From positions 35,253 through 99,252 of the forward strand of contig QKAN01000190.1 in the NCBI GenBank assembly GCA_003246365.1: a DNA stretch of 64,000 nucleotides. The letters run 5' to 3'. The notes beneath the pieces were generated by a model. That model did no database searches, had not been told where the DNA came from, and worked only from the letters and a program-made list of their open reading frames with translations. Of the stretch, positions 38,374-48,925 are shown piece after piece (positions within the stretch are counted from its first letter, which is position 1; every line of letters begins with the position of its first letter). Source of the DNA: Clostridia bacterium. GTDB taxonomy: Bacteria > Bacillota > Clostridia > Christensenellales > CAG-138. The translations under genes and the position numbers were made by a program.

Positions 38374-38402
38374 AAAAGGCGGCGCAGTGCGCCGCCTTTT
38401 TT
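38374..38402 (+). terminator. Terminator after ktrA
   Basis: AAAAGGCGGCGCA-G-TGCGCCGCCTTTTTT. Confidence 0.8.
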
Positions 38403-38484
38403 GCGGGTAAAAATTTGCCGTTTTTCGTATGTTCTGTTAAAATGCTTTTCATATATGCGATTCATCAACATCGGGAGGGGTCTC

Positions 38485-39774
38485 ATGGCAAAGCCGGAAA
38501 AAACGCTTGCGCAAACGCTGCACGCACGAAAAATTAAGAATCCGCCGAAACTGATCTATCTAATGCTCGGCTATATCTGGCGGCTTCTGTATTTTAAGAA
38601 ATTGAATCTTCATGTGGAAATGAAGGACGACCCGCGCAAATGCAAAGGACCGTATATCGTTGTGAGCAATCATGCGTCGCGGCTTGATTACATCTACACC
38701 GGCGCGGTGCTGCTGCCGCATACGTACAATTTCGTTGCGGGATACAACGAGTTTTTCCGCTCGCATCTAGCGGGAATTTTCCGGTTGTTGCAGGTGATCC
38801 CGAAAAAGAATTTTACGCCGGATATCTACACCATCAAGGAAATCGCGCGCATCATCCGCGGCGGCGGACGCGTGATGCTGTTTCCGGAGGGCATGAGCAG
38901 CATCGGCGGTGGAAACCAGCCTTGCGCCATCGGCAGCGGAAAACTGCTGAAGCATTTCGGTGTTCCGGTCTATTTCTGCAAAATCTCCGGCGGATATTTG
39001 ACGAGCACAAAATATTGTCTCGACGAGCGACCCGGCGAGGTGCGCGTTGTAGTTGACAAACTTTTTTCGCCGGAGCAGATGAAAGAGATGACCGCGGACG
39101 AGATTCAGCTTGCGCTCGATCGCGCCATTCAAAACGACGACTACGAATGGAATCTGACCGAGAAAGTCCGTTACGAAGCAAACGGCAGAATTGCGCATCA
39201 ACTGCATACGCTGTTGTATCGCTGCCCGCGCTGCGGCGAGGAGTTTTCCATGCGCGGTGAAGGCGAGACGATCCGCTGCACATCCTGCGGCAACGGTGCG
39301 CGGCTGAACGCGGACTACAGTTTCGAACCGCTCGAAGAAACCAGCGTTTTGCCGACCACCCCGAAGCAATGGTTTGAACAGGAGAGAAAGTTTGTTTATC
39401 AGGAGATTCTCGATCCCGCGTTCAAATTGATCGAACGCGTGCGCCTCGGCGTACTTCCGAAATTTGAACCATTGAAAAATCTGGCGACGAGCCTGATTGC
39501 GGGAGAAGGGGAAATCTGCCTCGACCACAGCGGGTTTACCTATACGGGAACGAAAGACGGCGCGCCGTTTAGCTTCCATTTGGACCCGCATCTGCTGCCG
39601 ACTTATGGCATGTGTACGGATGTTTCCCGCGTTTATACGTTTTTCGAAGGCGAGTTTTACGAGTTCTTTCCGGAGACGGAGTGCATCGGCAAGCTGTTGC
39701 TTGCAACGGAAGAACTGCATCGTCTGCACGGGGGAGAGTGGAAGAACTTTCCCTGGGCGGACACCTACGCGTAA
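38485..39774 (+). CDS. Lysophospholipid acyltransferase (PlsC family) with C-terminal Zn-ribbon extension
   Basis: NHASRLD (HX4D), LFPEG; CPRC...CTSC; RBS GGGAGGGG before MAKPE. Confidence 0.85.
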   Translation: MAKPEKTLAQTLHARKIKNPPKLIYLMLGYIWRLLYFKKLNLHVEMKDDPRKCKGPYIVVSNHASRLDYIYTGAVLLPHTYNFVAGYNEFFRSHLAGIFRLLQVIPKKNFTPDIYTIKEIARIIRGGGRVMLFPEGMSSIGGGNQPCAIGSGKLLKHFGVPVYFCKISGGYLTSTKYCLDERPGEVRVVVDKLFSPEQMKEMTADEIQLALDRAIQNDDYEWNLTEKVRYEANGRIAHQLHTLLYRCPRCGEEFSMRGEGETIRCTSCGNGARLNADYSFEPLEETSVLPTTPKQWFEQERKFVYQEILDPAFKLIERVRLGVLPKFEPLKNLATSLIAGEGEICLDHSGFTYTGTKDGAPFSFHLDPHLLPTYGMCTDVSRVYTFFEGEFYEFFPETECIGKLLLATEELHRLHGGEWKNFPWADTYA

Positions 39775-39794
39775 TCGGGCGGAGAGAAGGCGGC

Positions 39795-40052
39795 ATGCAA
39801 AAAACAGCGGGCGCAGGCGCGGCGGCGGTAACGCTGGATCTGCACGGAAAAACGCAATATCAGGCGCGGGTAACAATTGACGCGGCGCTCAGGCGAAGCA
39901 GGGGATTGTATCGAATCCATATCATCCACGGGTATCATAACGGCACCGCGCTGAGGGACATGATCCGGAGCGAGTATGCCGACAATCCGGCAGTTCTTCG
40001 GATCGACTTGGTTTCCGAGAGCGCGACGGATTTGGTGCTGAGGGAGTTATAA
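39795..40052 (+). CDS. Stand-alone Smr-domain protein
   Basis: LDLHG, IIHGYHNGTALR, 85 aa. Confidence 0.85.
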   Translation: MQKTAGAGAAAVTLDLHGKTQYQARVTIDAALRRSRGLYRIHIIHGYHNGTALRDMIRSEYADNPAVLRIDLVSESATDLVLREL

Positions 40053-40053
40053 G

Positions 40054-40084
40054 AAAAAGAGCAGAGAAGGTTCTCTGCTCTTTT
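40054..40084 (+). terminator. Terminator
   Basis: AAAAGAGCAGAGAA-GG-TTCTCTGCTCTTTT. Confidence 0.8.
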
Positions 40085-40213
40085 GTGATTTCGCTATTTT
40101 AACGATCGCAAACGCCGCGCTTTGTAAATCAAACGATTCCTAGATATGTATAATCTTTTGATGGAACGGCTAATCAAAAAAGCTAAATTAGAAAAAAGGA
40201 GCAAAAGCTCCTT

Positions 40214-41386
40214 TTATTTGTAGTTAGCTTTGTGTTGCTCGATTAGCGCTGCGTAGCGGTCTATCGCGTTTTTCGCGATGTCGTCCCACGAAAGATAGAT
40301 CGTCTTTCGCGCTGTCTTGCCGATTTTCTTTGTCATGTCCATGTCGCTCAGCGCCATGTCGATAATCTGGCAGAGGCTTTCGGATGTGTTTTCGCAGAGG
40401 AATCCGTTTTCGCAGTCCAATATCGGTTCCGCTGTTGCGCAGCCGCGCACGACCACGCTCGGCGTTTCCATTGCCGCCGCCTCGCGCACCACCATGCCGG
40501 AGGTATCGTAGAGCGACGGAAACACGAACAAATCCGCGTTTTCATATAGCCCGTACAGGTCTTCTTCTTCCGTAATGTGTCCGGTGAACCGCGTCCGCTC
40601 GCCAAGGCCGAGATCTTCCGCTTTCTGGCGGATGGCTTTTGCGTCCGGCCCCTGCCCGGCAAGGACGAGGGTAAACGGTTTTCCGGTTTTCTGATACAGC
40701 GCGCATGCTTCGAGAATGCGCAGAATATTTTTCTTCCAGTTCATCTGGCCGCAGTAAAACAGAATCGGCTCATCCGGCAAGTCAAACCGCTCCTTCACAA
40801 CCGCCGCGCGCGCCGCGTTCGGGTCGATATCCGGTGTGCCGTTCGGCATCACGATAATTTCGCCCACATAGCCGTAGTCGTAAAGCGTGTCTTTCGAACT
40901 TTGGCTGACCGTCCAGACTTCGTCGCAACGCTGATAAAAATTGACGATGGTTGCAACCGCGATGTTGGCGAGCATTTCCGTTTTTGTCAGCTGATAAAAA
41001 TCGTCATAGTAGCGCGAATGGAACATACCGATCATGGGAATGTTGCGCCGCCGCGCTACCCGTTGCGCCTCCAGTCCGGCGATAAAAGGCGAGTGCGCAT
41101 GAATGACGTCCAGCTGTATGCTGCGCATACGCGCGTCATAGTGTGTGTCGAGCGAGGGAATCCCCGTGCTGTACTGCCGTTGCCGCGGTAGCTCCATGCT
41201 GATGAAATCGACCAACTCAAACGGATAGCCGCCCCGGTAACCCGCGTCCAACATGGGCGCGATCACATAACACTCCTCGCCTCTGCGGGAGAGCGCGGTT
41301 GCATAGTTGTATACGACGCGGCCGACGCCGTCGACAATCGGAAGAAACGAGTCGCTGAACTGACCTATTTTCATTTTTTTATTCAT
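40214..41386 (-). CDS. GT4 glycosyltransferase (monoglycosyl-diacylglycerol synthase-like)
   Basis: KIGQFSDSFLPIVDGV, IHAHSPF, FVFPSLYDTSGMVVREA. Confidence 0.88.
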   Translation of the reverse strand: MNKKMKIGQFSDSFLPIVDGVGRVVYNYATALSRRGEECYVIAPMLDAGYRGGYPFELVDFISMELPRQRQYSTGIPSLDTHYDARMRSIQLDVIHAHSPFIAGLEAQRVARRRNIPMIGMFHSRYYDDFYQLTKTEMLANIAVATIVNFYQRCDEVWTVSQSSKDTLYDYGYVGEIIVMPNGTPDIDPNAARAAVVKERFDLPDEPILFYCGQMNWKKNILRILEACALYQKTGKPFTLVLAGQGPDAKAIRQKAEDLGLGERTRFTGHITEEEDLYGLYENADLFVFPSLYDTSGMVVREAAAMETPSVVVRGCATAEPILDCENGFLCENTSESLCQIIDMALSDMDMTKKIGKTARKTIYLSWDDIAKNAIDRYAALIEQHKANYK

Positions 41387-41689
41387 ACCTTTCCGGCAAG
41401 AGAAAATTACGAAGATAATGGATAGAGCCGCTATCGCACCAGCAAATCACCGGCGCGAAAGACAAACGCTCGCAGTAGGAACACTGCTACAGGAACATTC
41501 TACCACAACACCTGAAAACGTGTTATGATGAATGGCAAGGTTTTCGCCGGACGGATGTAAAATCATTGTGTCAATTTGCAAGAAAACCGCGTGTTTTTTC
41601 CACGAACAGAACCCGAAAAAGCCGAAAAAATAAACGCGGTACGGATTTTTCCGTGTTGCCGAACACACAACGCGTTGAATGGAACCCGA

Positions 41690-42766
41690 ATGAAAAAAAG
41701 AACCGCTACCCTGATTACAATCGGATTGTTTATCGTTCTTTTTATGGCAGCCCCATCCGCGGCTGAAGAAGCGCCTTTTTGCGGCGACTTGACCGGGGAC
41801 GGGATTACCAGCGCTGCGGATGCGGCGGCGATGCTGCGCGGCCTTGCTTTCGGCAGGCTTTCTGCGGACGACCGGCCGGATCTGGATTTCACCTATAACG
41901 GCGAGATCGACGGAATGGATGCGCGCGCGGCGCTGCTCTATGCCTGCGGCGGGATCGAATCTTTGGTTGACTTTGGCGAGCGCGTTGCAAGCGGACTTTG
42001 CGATGAATCGCTGTTTGATCATTTCTCGTATACGGGAATTCGGGACGACGGGGAAGGTAACTATAAAAGCGATACCGTCTCGGTTACGATTTCAAGCGGA
42101 CGCGTGGAAACCAGCAACTATCATCTGGCGGACATTTACGTGCAGGATATCGCCTGTATGCAAACCGCGTTCAGCGGCGGGGTGTATCGCGGCGGAACGG
42201 CGACCGTTCGTAAAATGTTTGATGCGACATCCGGCGCGGTCATCGCCATGAACGGGGATTATTACACGCAGCATTATTACGGCCCGATCATTCGAAACGG
42301 AATTACCTATTCGGATCGAATCAATCGCAGCTGGGATATTGCGGTTCTGCTGACAAACGGGGAACTTTTAACTTATAACTATCGCGAACTCACGACCGAA
42401 ATACTGGAAGGACTGGAAGTCTATCAAAGCTGGGTGTTTGGGCCGGCGCTTCTGGACGCGGAAGGGCACGCGAAAACAAAATTCCGAAGCGCCGTAACGA
42501 CGGCCAATCCGCGCTCGGTAATCGGATATTACGAACCGGGACACTATGCGTTTTTAGCGGTGGATGGACGATCCAGCAAATCCAAAGGATTGACGATGAG
42601 CCAGCTTTCGCAGCTTTGCGAAGATTTAGGGTTTGCGGCGGCGTATAATCTCGACGGCGGGCAGTCCAGCGTGCTGCTTTCGCAGGACGGGCCGATCAAT
42701 GTTCCTTACCGGGACGGACGACCCATCAGCGATGTGCTCGTTGTTTGCGATCTGCAGGAAGAATGA
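41690..42766 (+). CDS. Secreted dockerin-like domain + phosphodiester glycosidase (NAGPA family)
   Basis: Signal peptide; GDLTGDG...D / DFTYNGEIDGMDA duplicated motif; ADIYV, AMNGDYY, FGPALL, NPRSVIG, VDGR, AYNLDGGQS. Confidence 0.85.
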   Translation: MKKRTATLITIGLFIVLFMAAPSAAEEAPFCGDLTGDGITSAADAAAMLRGLAFGRLSADDRPDLDFTYNGEIDGMDARAALLYACGGIESLVDFGERVASGLCDESLFDHFSYTGIRDDGEGNYKSDTVSVTISSGRVETSNYHLADIYVQDIACMQTAFSGGVYRGGTATVRKMFDATSGAVIAMNGDYYTQHYYGPIIRNGITYSDRINRSWDIAVLLTNGELLTYNYRELTTEILEGLEVYQSWVFGPALLDAEGHAKTKFRSAVTTANPRSVIGYYEPGHYAFLAVDGRSSKSKGLTMSQLSQLCEDLGFAAAYNLDGGQSSVLLSQDGPINVPYRDGRPISDVLVVCDLQEE

Positions 42767-42908
42767 CGGTACACGTTTCATTGACTAATAAGAAAATAAA
42801 CAGAAAACACACCAGGGACACAACTGAAAACGAAAGATAGTTTAAAATAAAACAGTATAATTCAACAAAAAGACGGAATAAAACAAGAACCAAACGAAAA
42901 CAAGAAAA

Positions 42909-44255
42909 ATGGAAGATTTATTTCAAAACCATATAGAAGTAAATGCGCCGCTTGCCGACCGCATGCGCCCGCGCACGCTGGATGAGTTCATCGGACAGCG
43001 GCATATCGTTGGCGAAGGCAAGCTGCTCAGGCGCGCAATTTTAACAGACCGGCTGCAGTCGTCCATCTTTTTCGGCCCGCCGGGCACGGGGAAGACGACG
43101 CTCGCCGCCATTGTTGCCAATGCGACCGGCGGCGCGTTTGTAAAACTCAACGCCGTTACCGCGGGGGTCAAGGAGCTCAGGGTTATCGTGGACGAGGCGG
43201 AACGGAGGCTGAAGCTATACCGCCAGCCGACATATCTTTTGCTGGACGAATGCCACCGCTGGAACAAGACGCAGTCGGACTCGCTTCTGCCCGCGCTGGA
43301 AAAAGGCATCATCCGCTTTATCGGTTCCACAACGGAAAATCCGATGATTTCGATGACGAGCGCTATCGTTTCGCGCTGCCGCGTGTTTCAGTTTTATCCG
43401 CTGACAAACGAAGACGTGGAACAGGCGGTGCAAAACGCGGTTTTGGACGAGGAGCGCGGGTTCGGCAAACTGAATGTCGTTTTGGAAGACGAGGCGCTGC
43501 ATACCATTTCCGCAATTGCAAACGGAGACTGCCGCAACGCGCTCAACGCGCTGGAACTCGCGGTGCTGACCACTTCGCCGGATGAAGCGGGGGAGATTCG
43601 CGTCACGCGGGAAATCGCCGCCGAATCCAGCCAGAAAAAAGTGATCAAATGCGACGAGCAGCTTTTTTACGATATGCTCTCCGCGTTTTGCAAGAGCCTA
43701 CGCGGCGGAGATTCCGACGCGGCGATCGCCTGGTTTTCGCGCCTTTTATATGCGGGGGTTGACCCGCGCATTATCGCACGTCGGCTCATCGCCCATGCGA
43801 GCGAGGACGTTGGCCTCGCCAACCCGCAGGCAATGGTGCAGGCTGTTGCCGCGGCGGACGCGCTGGAGCACATCGGTTTGCCGGAAGCGCGGCTTTCGCT
43901 CGTGCAGGCAATCATTTTTATCTGCGAATCGCCAAAGTCCAACAGCGTGGTCGTTGCGCTGAGCGAGGCGGCGGCGGACGCGGAGGAGAGTTTTGACGAA
44001 CCGGTTCCGGTCTATCTTCGGGATACATCCTATTCCGGCGCGGGCAAACTAGGCCACGGAAAAGGATATCTCTATCCGCATGATTATCCGGGTCACTGGG
44101 TCAAGCAGGATTATATGCCGCCTTCGCTGAAAGGCCGGCGATACTATCTGCCGTCCGAACAGGGGCAGGAGGCGAAGATTCGCGAAAACCACGAAAAACG
44201 GGAAAAACTAAGACGCGGAGAGCCGATATCAACCGAAGAGAAAACCGAAGTTTAA
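42909..44255 (+). CDS. rarA: Replication-associated recombination protein A
   Basis: PLADRMRP, GPPGTGKTT, DECHRWNK, TTENP, ASEDVGLA, YLYPHDY. Confidence 0.96.
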   Translation: MEDLFQNHIEVNAPLADRMRPRTLDEFIGQRHIVGEGKLLRRAILTDRLQSSIFFGPPGTGKTTLAAIVANATGGAFVKLNAVTAGVKELRVIVDEAERRLKLYRQPTYLLLDECHRWNKTQSDSLLPALEKGIIRFIGSTTENPMISMTSAIVSRCRVFQFYPLTNEDVEQAVQNAVLDEERGFGKLNVVLEDEALHTISAIANGDCRNALNALELAVLTTSPDEAGEIRVTREIAAESSQKKVIKCDEQLFYDMLSAFCKSLRGGDSDAAIAWFSRLLYAGVDPRIIARRLIAHASEDVGLANPQAMVQAVAAADALEHIGLPEARLSLVQAIIFICESPKSNSVVVALSEAAADAEESFDEPVPVYLRDTSYSGAGKLGHGKGYLYPHDYPGHWVKQDYMPPSLKGRRYYLPSEQGQEAKIRENHEKREKLRRGEPISTEEKTEV

Positions 44256-44285
44256 CGCGCGTGATGCAAAGAGCAGGAGGCTAAG

Positions 44286-44738
44286 ATGACTGCACTGATT
44301 CCAATGACCAATATTACGTTTGCGCAACTGTTTGTCGCGATTTTTTCCGGCACATTCGGCTTGATGGGGCTTACCTTTCTCAGCGTCGGGCTGGGCATCA
44401 TCTTTGCGCAGAACCGGAAACGTACGCTCTGCACCGCTTATACGGAAGGCGTTGTCAGCGCCATGCAAAGCCAGTTTGGCACAAACGCACTTCGCGCTGT
44501 ATACAGTTTTTCCATCGAAGGAAAAGAGATGCAGTATATTTCCAACTATTCCGGCATGAACGATCTGCTCGTCGGGCAAGCGGTTCATGTGTATTACGAT
44601 CCGTCGCGGATCGGGCGCATTTATATTGAAGAAGATTCTCTGCAACTGCGTCGATTTTCCCGCATGTTCACGATTCTTGGCGGCATCTTTCTTGCCGTCG
44701 CGCTCATCGTTGCCGTCGTTTTGCTGGGCGTGCTGTAA
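44286..44738 (+). CDS. DUF3592-like membrane protein
   Basis: Two terminal TMs flanking TEGVV...YSF.IEG...VGQAVHVYYDP. Confidence 0.7.
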   Translation: MTALIPMTNITFAQLFVAIFSGTFGLMGLTFLSVGLGIIFAQNRKRTLCTAYTEGVVSAMQSQFGTNALRAVYSFSIEGKEMQYISNYSGMNDLLVGQAVHVYYDPSRIGRIYIEEDSLQLRRFSRMFTILGGIFLAVALIVAVVLLGVL

Positions 44739-44852
44739 AAAGGAACAAAACAACCGAAAAAAACGGTGGAATCCGGCCAAATTACGAAAAAAACCGCCGT
44801 TGCAGGATTGCGATGATATTTCGGACATTTTGTGAATAATCTTGGGGCATCA

Positions 44853-44881
44853 TTGGCAGAGCTCCGGCCTTATGGTAAACT
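44853..44881 (+). promoter_or_regulatory. Putative promoter of the CotH-VTC-DUF4956 operon
   Basis: TTGGCA, 17 bp spacer, TAAACT with TG extension. Confidence 0.6.
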
Positions 44882-44932
44882 GGACGTTGCGAAAATGCGA
44901 TTTTGCAGCTTCGCGAAAGGAGCATTTATCCC

Positions 44933-47900
44933 ATGGCGAAACGAAGAAGGAGAGCTTCCGGCGCACGCAAGATGCTGATTATTCTGCTTCTTGCCGTCTG
45001 CGTTGTTGCGCTCATTCTTTATTTAAGAAACGGCGGACAGGCTTCCGATACAACCGGCGCGGGGCAGGTCGAGATCAACGAGGTCATGACCAGCAACAAA
45101 GGTACCGTGCCGGACGAAACCGGCGATTTTCCGGATTGGGTGGAAATTTACAACAACACCGATTCGGCGCTGGATATATCGGGCTATGGTTTGACGGACG
45201 ATTTAATCTCCGCTGCAAAGTGGACATTCCCCGAGGGCTCGGTGATCGAAGCCCGCGGGTATCTTGTGGTTTTCTGCAGTGGGGACACTACGCGCGGCAG
45301 CATGCATACGCCGTTTAAACTCTCTGCTTCGGACGATGTAATTCTTTCCAACGTATCCGGCAAAGTGGTTGACAGCATCAGTCTGACGCCCGTGACGAGC
45401 GGGTATTCCCTCGGACGCAGCGCGGACGATGGAACCACCTGGAAAGAAATGCTGCCAAGTCCGGGTTATGCAAACACGGATGAAGGCGCGGCACAGTATC
45501 TTTCGACGCTTTCCGCCTCGGCGGACGAGTCCATCGGCGTATATATCAATGAGTTTATGCCGAGCAACGCTTCTACGCTGATCGGTCCGGACGGATCGTA
45601 TTGCGATTGGATTGAACTATACAACACCACCGGTTCGGAAATCGATCTTTCCGGATACGGTATTTCGGATTCCGCGACGCAGCCGCTGAAATACACGCTG
45701 CCCTCCGGAACAAAGATTGCGGCAAACAGCGTTCTGCTGATTTACTGCACAGGTCGAGAAACGCCGGACGGTTCGGAAAAAATCGAGGCGCCGTTTGGCC
45801 TTGCGGCATATTCCGAAAGCGTGGTGTTCTCAACGCCCGCCGGACGCATTCTCGACGAATACGACTATACCCGCGCAGGCACCGACATCAGCTACGCAAG
45901 AAATCCGGACGGCACGGGTGAATGGGCAACCACATCCCAGCCCACACCGGGATACACGAACAACAACGCGGGTTTGCAGGCGTTTATGAAAACGCTCTCC
46001 TTCGGCACGGGAGATATCGTCATCTCCGAAGTGCTCAACGCAAACGTTTCGTATTTGAAACAGCCGGACGGAGAATACTACGACTGGATCGAAATTCATA
46101 ACACGACGGGATCTCCCATTTCACTGGCCGGATATGCTCTGAGCAACAATGCGAAGAATCCGGCCAAATGGACGTTTCCCGACGTAACGCTCGATGCGGG
46201 CGAATATTTAACGGTTCTGGCGTCGGGAAAGAATGTCTCCGACGCGCAAAAAAAAAATAATCTAGAAACCAACTTTACCCTCTCTTCGGAAGGGGACGTC
46301 GTGTTTCTCTTTTCCCCGGACGCTACGATCCTCGATAAAATTCTCGTGCCACAGGGTCACGCGGACGTGAGCTACGGCAGAACGGATTCGAGCCTGCTCT
46401 TTTATGCAACGCCGACGCCAAACGCGGCAAACGGTTCCGGTGTGCTCGGTTATGCGGAAGAGCCAACCATTGTTACCGCGGGCGGCGAGTTTGGCAGCGC
46501 GCAGCTGGTGACCATCGAGGTACCGGAAGGCTGCTCGGTTACCTACACCACAGACGGAACGGTTCCAACCGAAAATTCTACGCGGTATTCCGGCCCGATT
46601 ACGATTTCCAAGACGACGCCGCTGCGTGCGCGCGCGTTTCAAACGGGATATTACGGCAGCGATACCGCGAGCCAGACGTTTGTCATCTATACCGGCGAAA
46701 GCACGATTGAGAACCATCAATTTACGCTGCCGGTGGTCAGCATCGTCACCGATCCGGATAACCTCTGGGATCCGGACACCGGCATCTATGTCATCGGCAC
46801 GGAATATGCCGCGACGACCACAGACCAAAGCCCGACCGACCTTACGATGACAAAAGGCATGAACGACTCGAACTGGTACCTTGCCAACTTTAATGCGGTT
46901 TCATCTTCGCACCCCGATCCGCTCGGCAGAGACTGGGAGCGGGACGTGCATTTTGACTACATCGACGAAAATGGCGTTTCCCAATTCAGCGGAGACGGCG
47001 TCGTTCAGATTCAGGGACAGTATTCGCGCAACAAAGAACAAAAGGGTCTCGCGTTGATTGCGAAGGGCGCATACGGCGACTCGATGTTCAATTATGCGTT
47101 TTTTGAAAACCGCGATATTACGAGCTATAAATCGATCATTCTGCGTGCCAGCGCACAGGACGCGACGAACAGCAGAATCCGCGACAACCTGGTGACCACC
47201 CTTTTTGAAGAAGGAGACACCGGACTGCCTGCGGATCGCAACGTAATTGTGCAGGCGCATAAACAGGTTGTCGTGCTGATCAACGGACAGTATTGGGGCG
47301 TATACGACCTGATGGAGCGCATCACGGCGGACTTTATCGCCGAGCGGTTCAATCTGAACAATCCTGATTCTGTCGATCTGCTCTATGGCAACGGTAACGA
47401 CAAGTGCGTCCTCGCCGGCGACGGCTGGGAAGACTACACCGATATGGTGGAATGGGCAGGCAGTCACGATTTAAGCAATTCCGCCAATTATGAATACATC
47501 AGCTCGCTCATGGACGTGGAAAACTACGCAACCTATGTCGCGGCTGAAATCATCGTTGGCAACTCCGACTCCGGCAACATCAAATACTGGCGCAGTACAG
47601 AAACGGACAACAAGTGGCGTTGGATTCTCTATGACTTCTGCTGGGCGATGAACCGCAACGACAGCTATTCCGATACGGCAACTGTCGGATACCGCAGAGA
47701 CTTTTTCTCCCGCTACTTTAACGTGGAAGGTCATGGTTCCAGCAAAGCAACCTCAACGGTGCTGATTCGCGCGTTGCTTGAGAATGCTTCGTTCCGGCAG
47801 ATGTTCCTCGAAAAAACGGCGATCATGATCAACGACATCTATTCTCCGGAAAAGATCAACGCCATGGTAGACCGTCTGCAGGGCAACATTGCCGAAGAGA

Positions 47901-48100
47901 TGAAGTATGATGTAGATATCTGGAACGACATCAACTATAGCTCCTGGCAGCAGCATTGCGATAACATCCGCGCATACGCGGACAACTATAAGCCATACGC
48001 GCTGAAATACGTGCAGAACTATTTCAGCCTCAGCGACGCAGAGATGCTCAGCATCTTCGGCAGCACAACAACACTGGAAGATACAACAAATGACGGCTAA
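44933..48100 (+). CDS. Membrane-anchored protein with 3 lamin-tail domains, an Fn3-associated/CHB_HEX_C-like domain and a CotH kinase domain
   Basis: Basic N-terminus + TM; three (I)NE/SE...DWxExxN...xSGYxLxD/N...TP repeats; YTTDGTVPT...PLRARAF; NGQYWGVYDLMER, GNSDSGN, KWRWILYD. Confidence 0.9.
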   Translation: MAKRRRRASGARKMLIILLLAVCVVALILYLRNGGQASDTTGAGQVEINEVMTSNKGTVPDETGDFPDWVEIYNNTDSALDISGYGLTDDLISAAKWTFPEGSVIEARGYLVVFCSGDTTRGSMHTPFKLSASDDVILSNVSGKVVDSISLTPVTSGYSLGRSADDGTTWKEMLPSPGYANTDEGAAQYLSTLSASADESIGVYINEFMPSNASTLIGPDGSYCDWIELYNTTGSEIDLSGYGISDSATQPLKYTLPSGTKIAANSVLLIYCTGRETPDGSEKIEAPFGLAAYSESVVFSTPAGRILDEYDYTRAGTDISYARNPDGTGEWATTSQPTPGYTNNNAGLQAFMKTLSFGTGDIVISEVLNANVSYLKQPDGEYYDWIEIHNTTGSPISLAGYALSNNAKNPAKWTFPDVTLDAGEYLTVLASGKNVSDAQKKNNLETNFTLSSEGDVVFLFSPDATILDKILVPQGHADVSYGRTDSSLLFYATPTPNAANGSGVLGYAEEPTIVTAGGEFGSAQLVTIEVPEGCSVTYTTDGTVPTENSTRYSGPITISKTTPLRARAFQTGYYGSDTASQTFVIYTGESTIENHQFTLPVVSIVTDPDNLWDPDTGIYVIGTEYAATTTDQSPTDLTMTKGMNDSNWYLANFNAVSSSHPDPLGRDWERDVHFDYIDENGVSQFSGDGVVQIQGQYSRNKEQKGLALIAKGAYGDSMFNYAFFENRDITSYKSIILRASAQDATNSRIRDNLVTTLFEEGDTGLPADRNVIVQAHKQVVVLINGQYWGVYDLMERITADFIAERFNLNNPDSVDLLYGNGNDKCVLAGDGWEDYTDMVEWAGSHDLSNSANYEYISSLMDVENYATYVAAEIIVGNSDSGNIKYWRSTETDNKWRWILYDFCWAMNRNDSYSDTATVGYRRDFFSRYFNVEGHGSSKATSTVLIRALLENASFRQMFLEKTAIMINDIYSPEKINAMVDRLQGNIAEEMKYDVDIWNDINYSSWQQHCDNIRAYADNYKPYALKYVQNYFSLSDAEMLSIFGSTTTLEDTTNDG

Positions 48101-48803
48101 GCGGGATCTCGCCGGAAAGCAATACCGGCACGAATTAAAATACGTCATCTCCGAAGGGGAGCACCACCTCCTGAGCACGCGCATCAAGGCGTGCCTCAGG
48201 CAGGATTATCACGCTTCCATCAACGGCGGAGAGTATTTTATCCGCAGCTTATATTTTGACGATCCGTTTGACTCCGCGATATGGGAAAAGTCGATGGGCG
48301 TGAGCTCGCGCGATAAGTTCCGCATCCGCATTTACAACCTTTCCGACAGCGCGATAAAACTCGAACGCAAGCATAAGGAAGGGCAGTATATCAAGAAGGA
48401 CAGCGTGTCGTTAAGCCGCGCGGACTGCGATTCGATTTTGCACGGCAATATCGAGTGTCTGCGGTTCAACGAAAACCCGATGGCGATGCAGTTTTACGGC
48501 ATCTTCAAGGCGAATTATCTCAAGCCGAAAGTGCTGGTGGATTATACGCGCGAACCGTATGTGTTTCCCGATGAGGAAGTGCGCATCACATTCGATAAAA
48601 ACGTCCGCACCGCAATGCGCAACACAGATCTGTTTAATCCACATTTGGTGACGTACCCCGTTTCGGAGTTGCGCAATTGCATGATCCTCGAGGTCAAGTT
48701 CAACCGCGAACTGCCCGAATATGTGCAGCAACTGCTCACGCTCGGCTCAGCGGAGCGCACCGCCGCAAGCAAATATGTTTTTTGCCGTCAATATGAGTTT
48801 TAA
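48090..48803 (+). CDS. VTC-domain (CYTH/TTM) polyphosphate polymerase-like protein
   Basis: RHELKY, RSLYFD, KFRIRIY, KLERKHK, YTRE, RITFD, ILEVKF, SKY; overlaps the CotH stop. Confidence 0.92.
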   Translation: MTAKRDLAGKQYRHELKYVISEGEHHLLSTRIKACLRQDYHASINGGEYFIRSLYFDDPFDSAIWEKSMGVSSRDKFRIRIYNLSDSAIKLERKHKEGQYIKKDSVSLSRADCDSILHGNIECLRFNENPMAMQFYGIFKANYLKPKVLVDYTREPYVFPDEEVRITFDKNVRTAMRNTDLFNPHLVTYPVSELRNCMILEVKFNRELPEYVQQLLTLGSAERTAASKYVFCRQYEF

Positions 48804-48925
48804 AACGATCTCGCTGTTGTAGTATATATGCATCTGAATTACAACAGGGAAACGAAATTCGATTTCTTCACGCGGAACGCGTGAGCAAGATATTTGTTAT
48901 CAGGACGATGGTAAGGAGGAACTAT

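Noticed and set aside
38767-39876. 369-aa minus-strand ORF (and similar ones at 19129-20049, 58148-59140, 59369-60367)
   Set aside because: Fully antisense to well-supported genes, with no protein-like motifs
42767-42908. Extremely A-rich tract before rarA
   Set aside because: No repeat unit, hairpin or LexA box; consistent with an ordinary promoter and unstructured leader
48863-48878. parS-like TTCTTCACGCGGAACG (and TTTTACGTGAAC near 5935)
   Set aside because: Too many mismatches to the consensus
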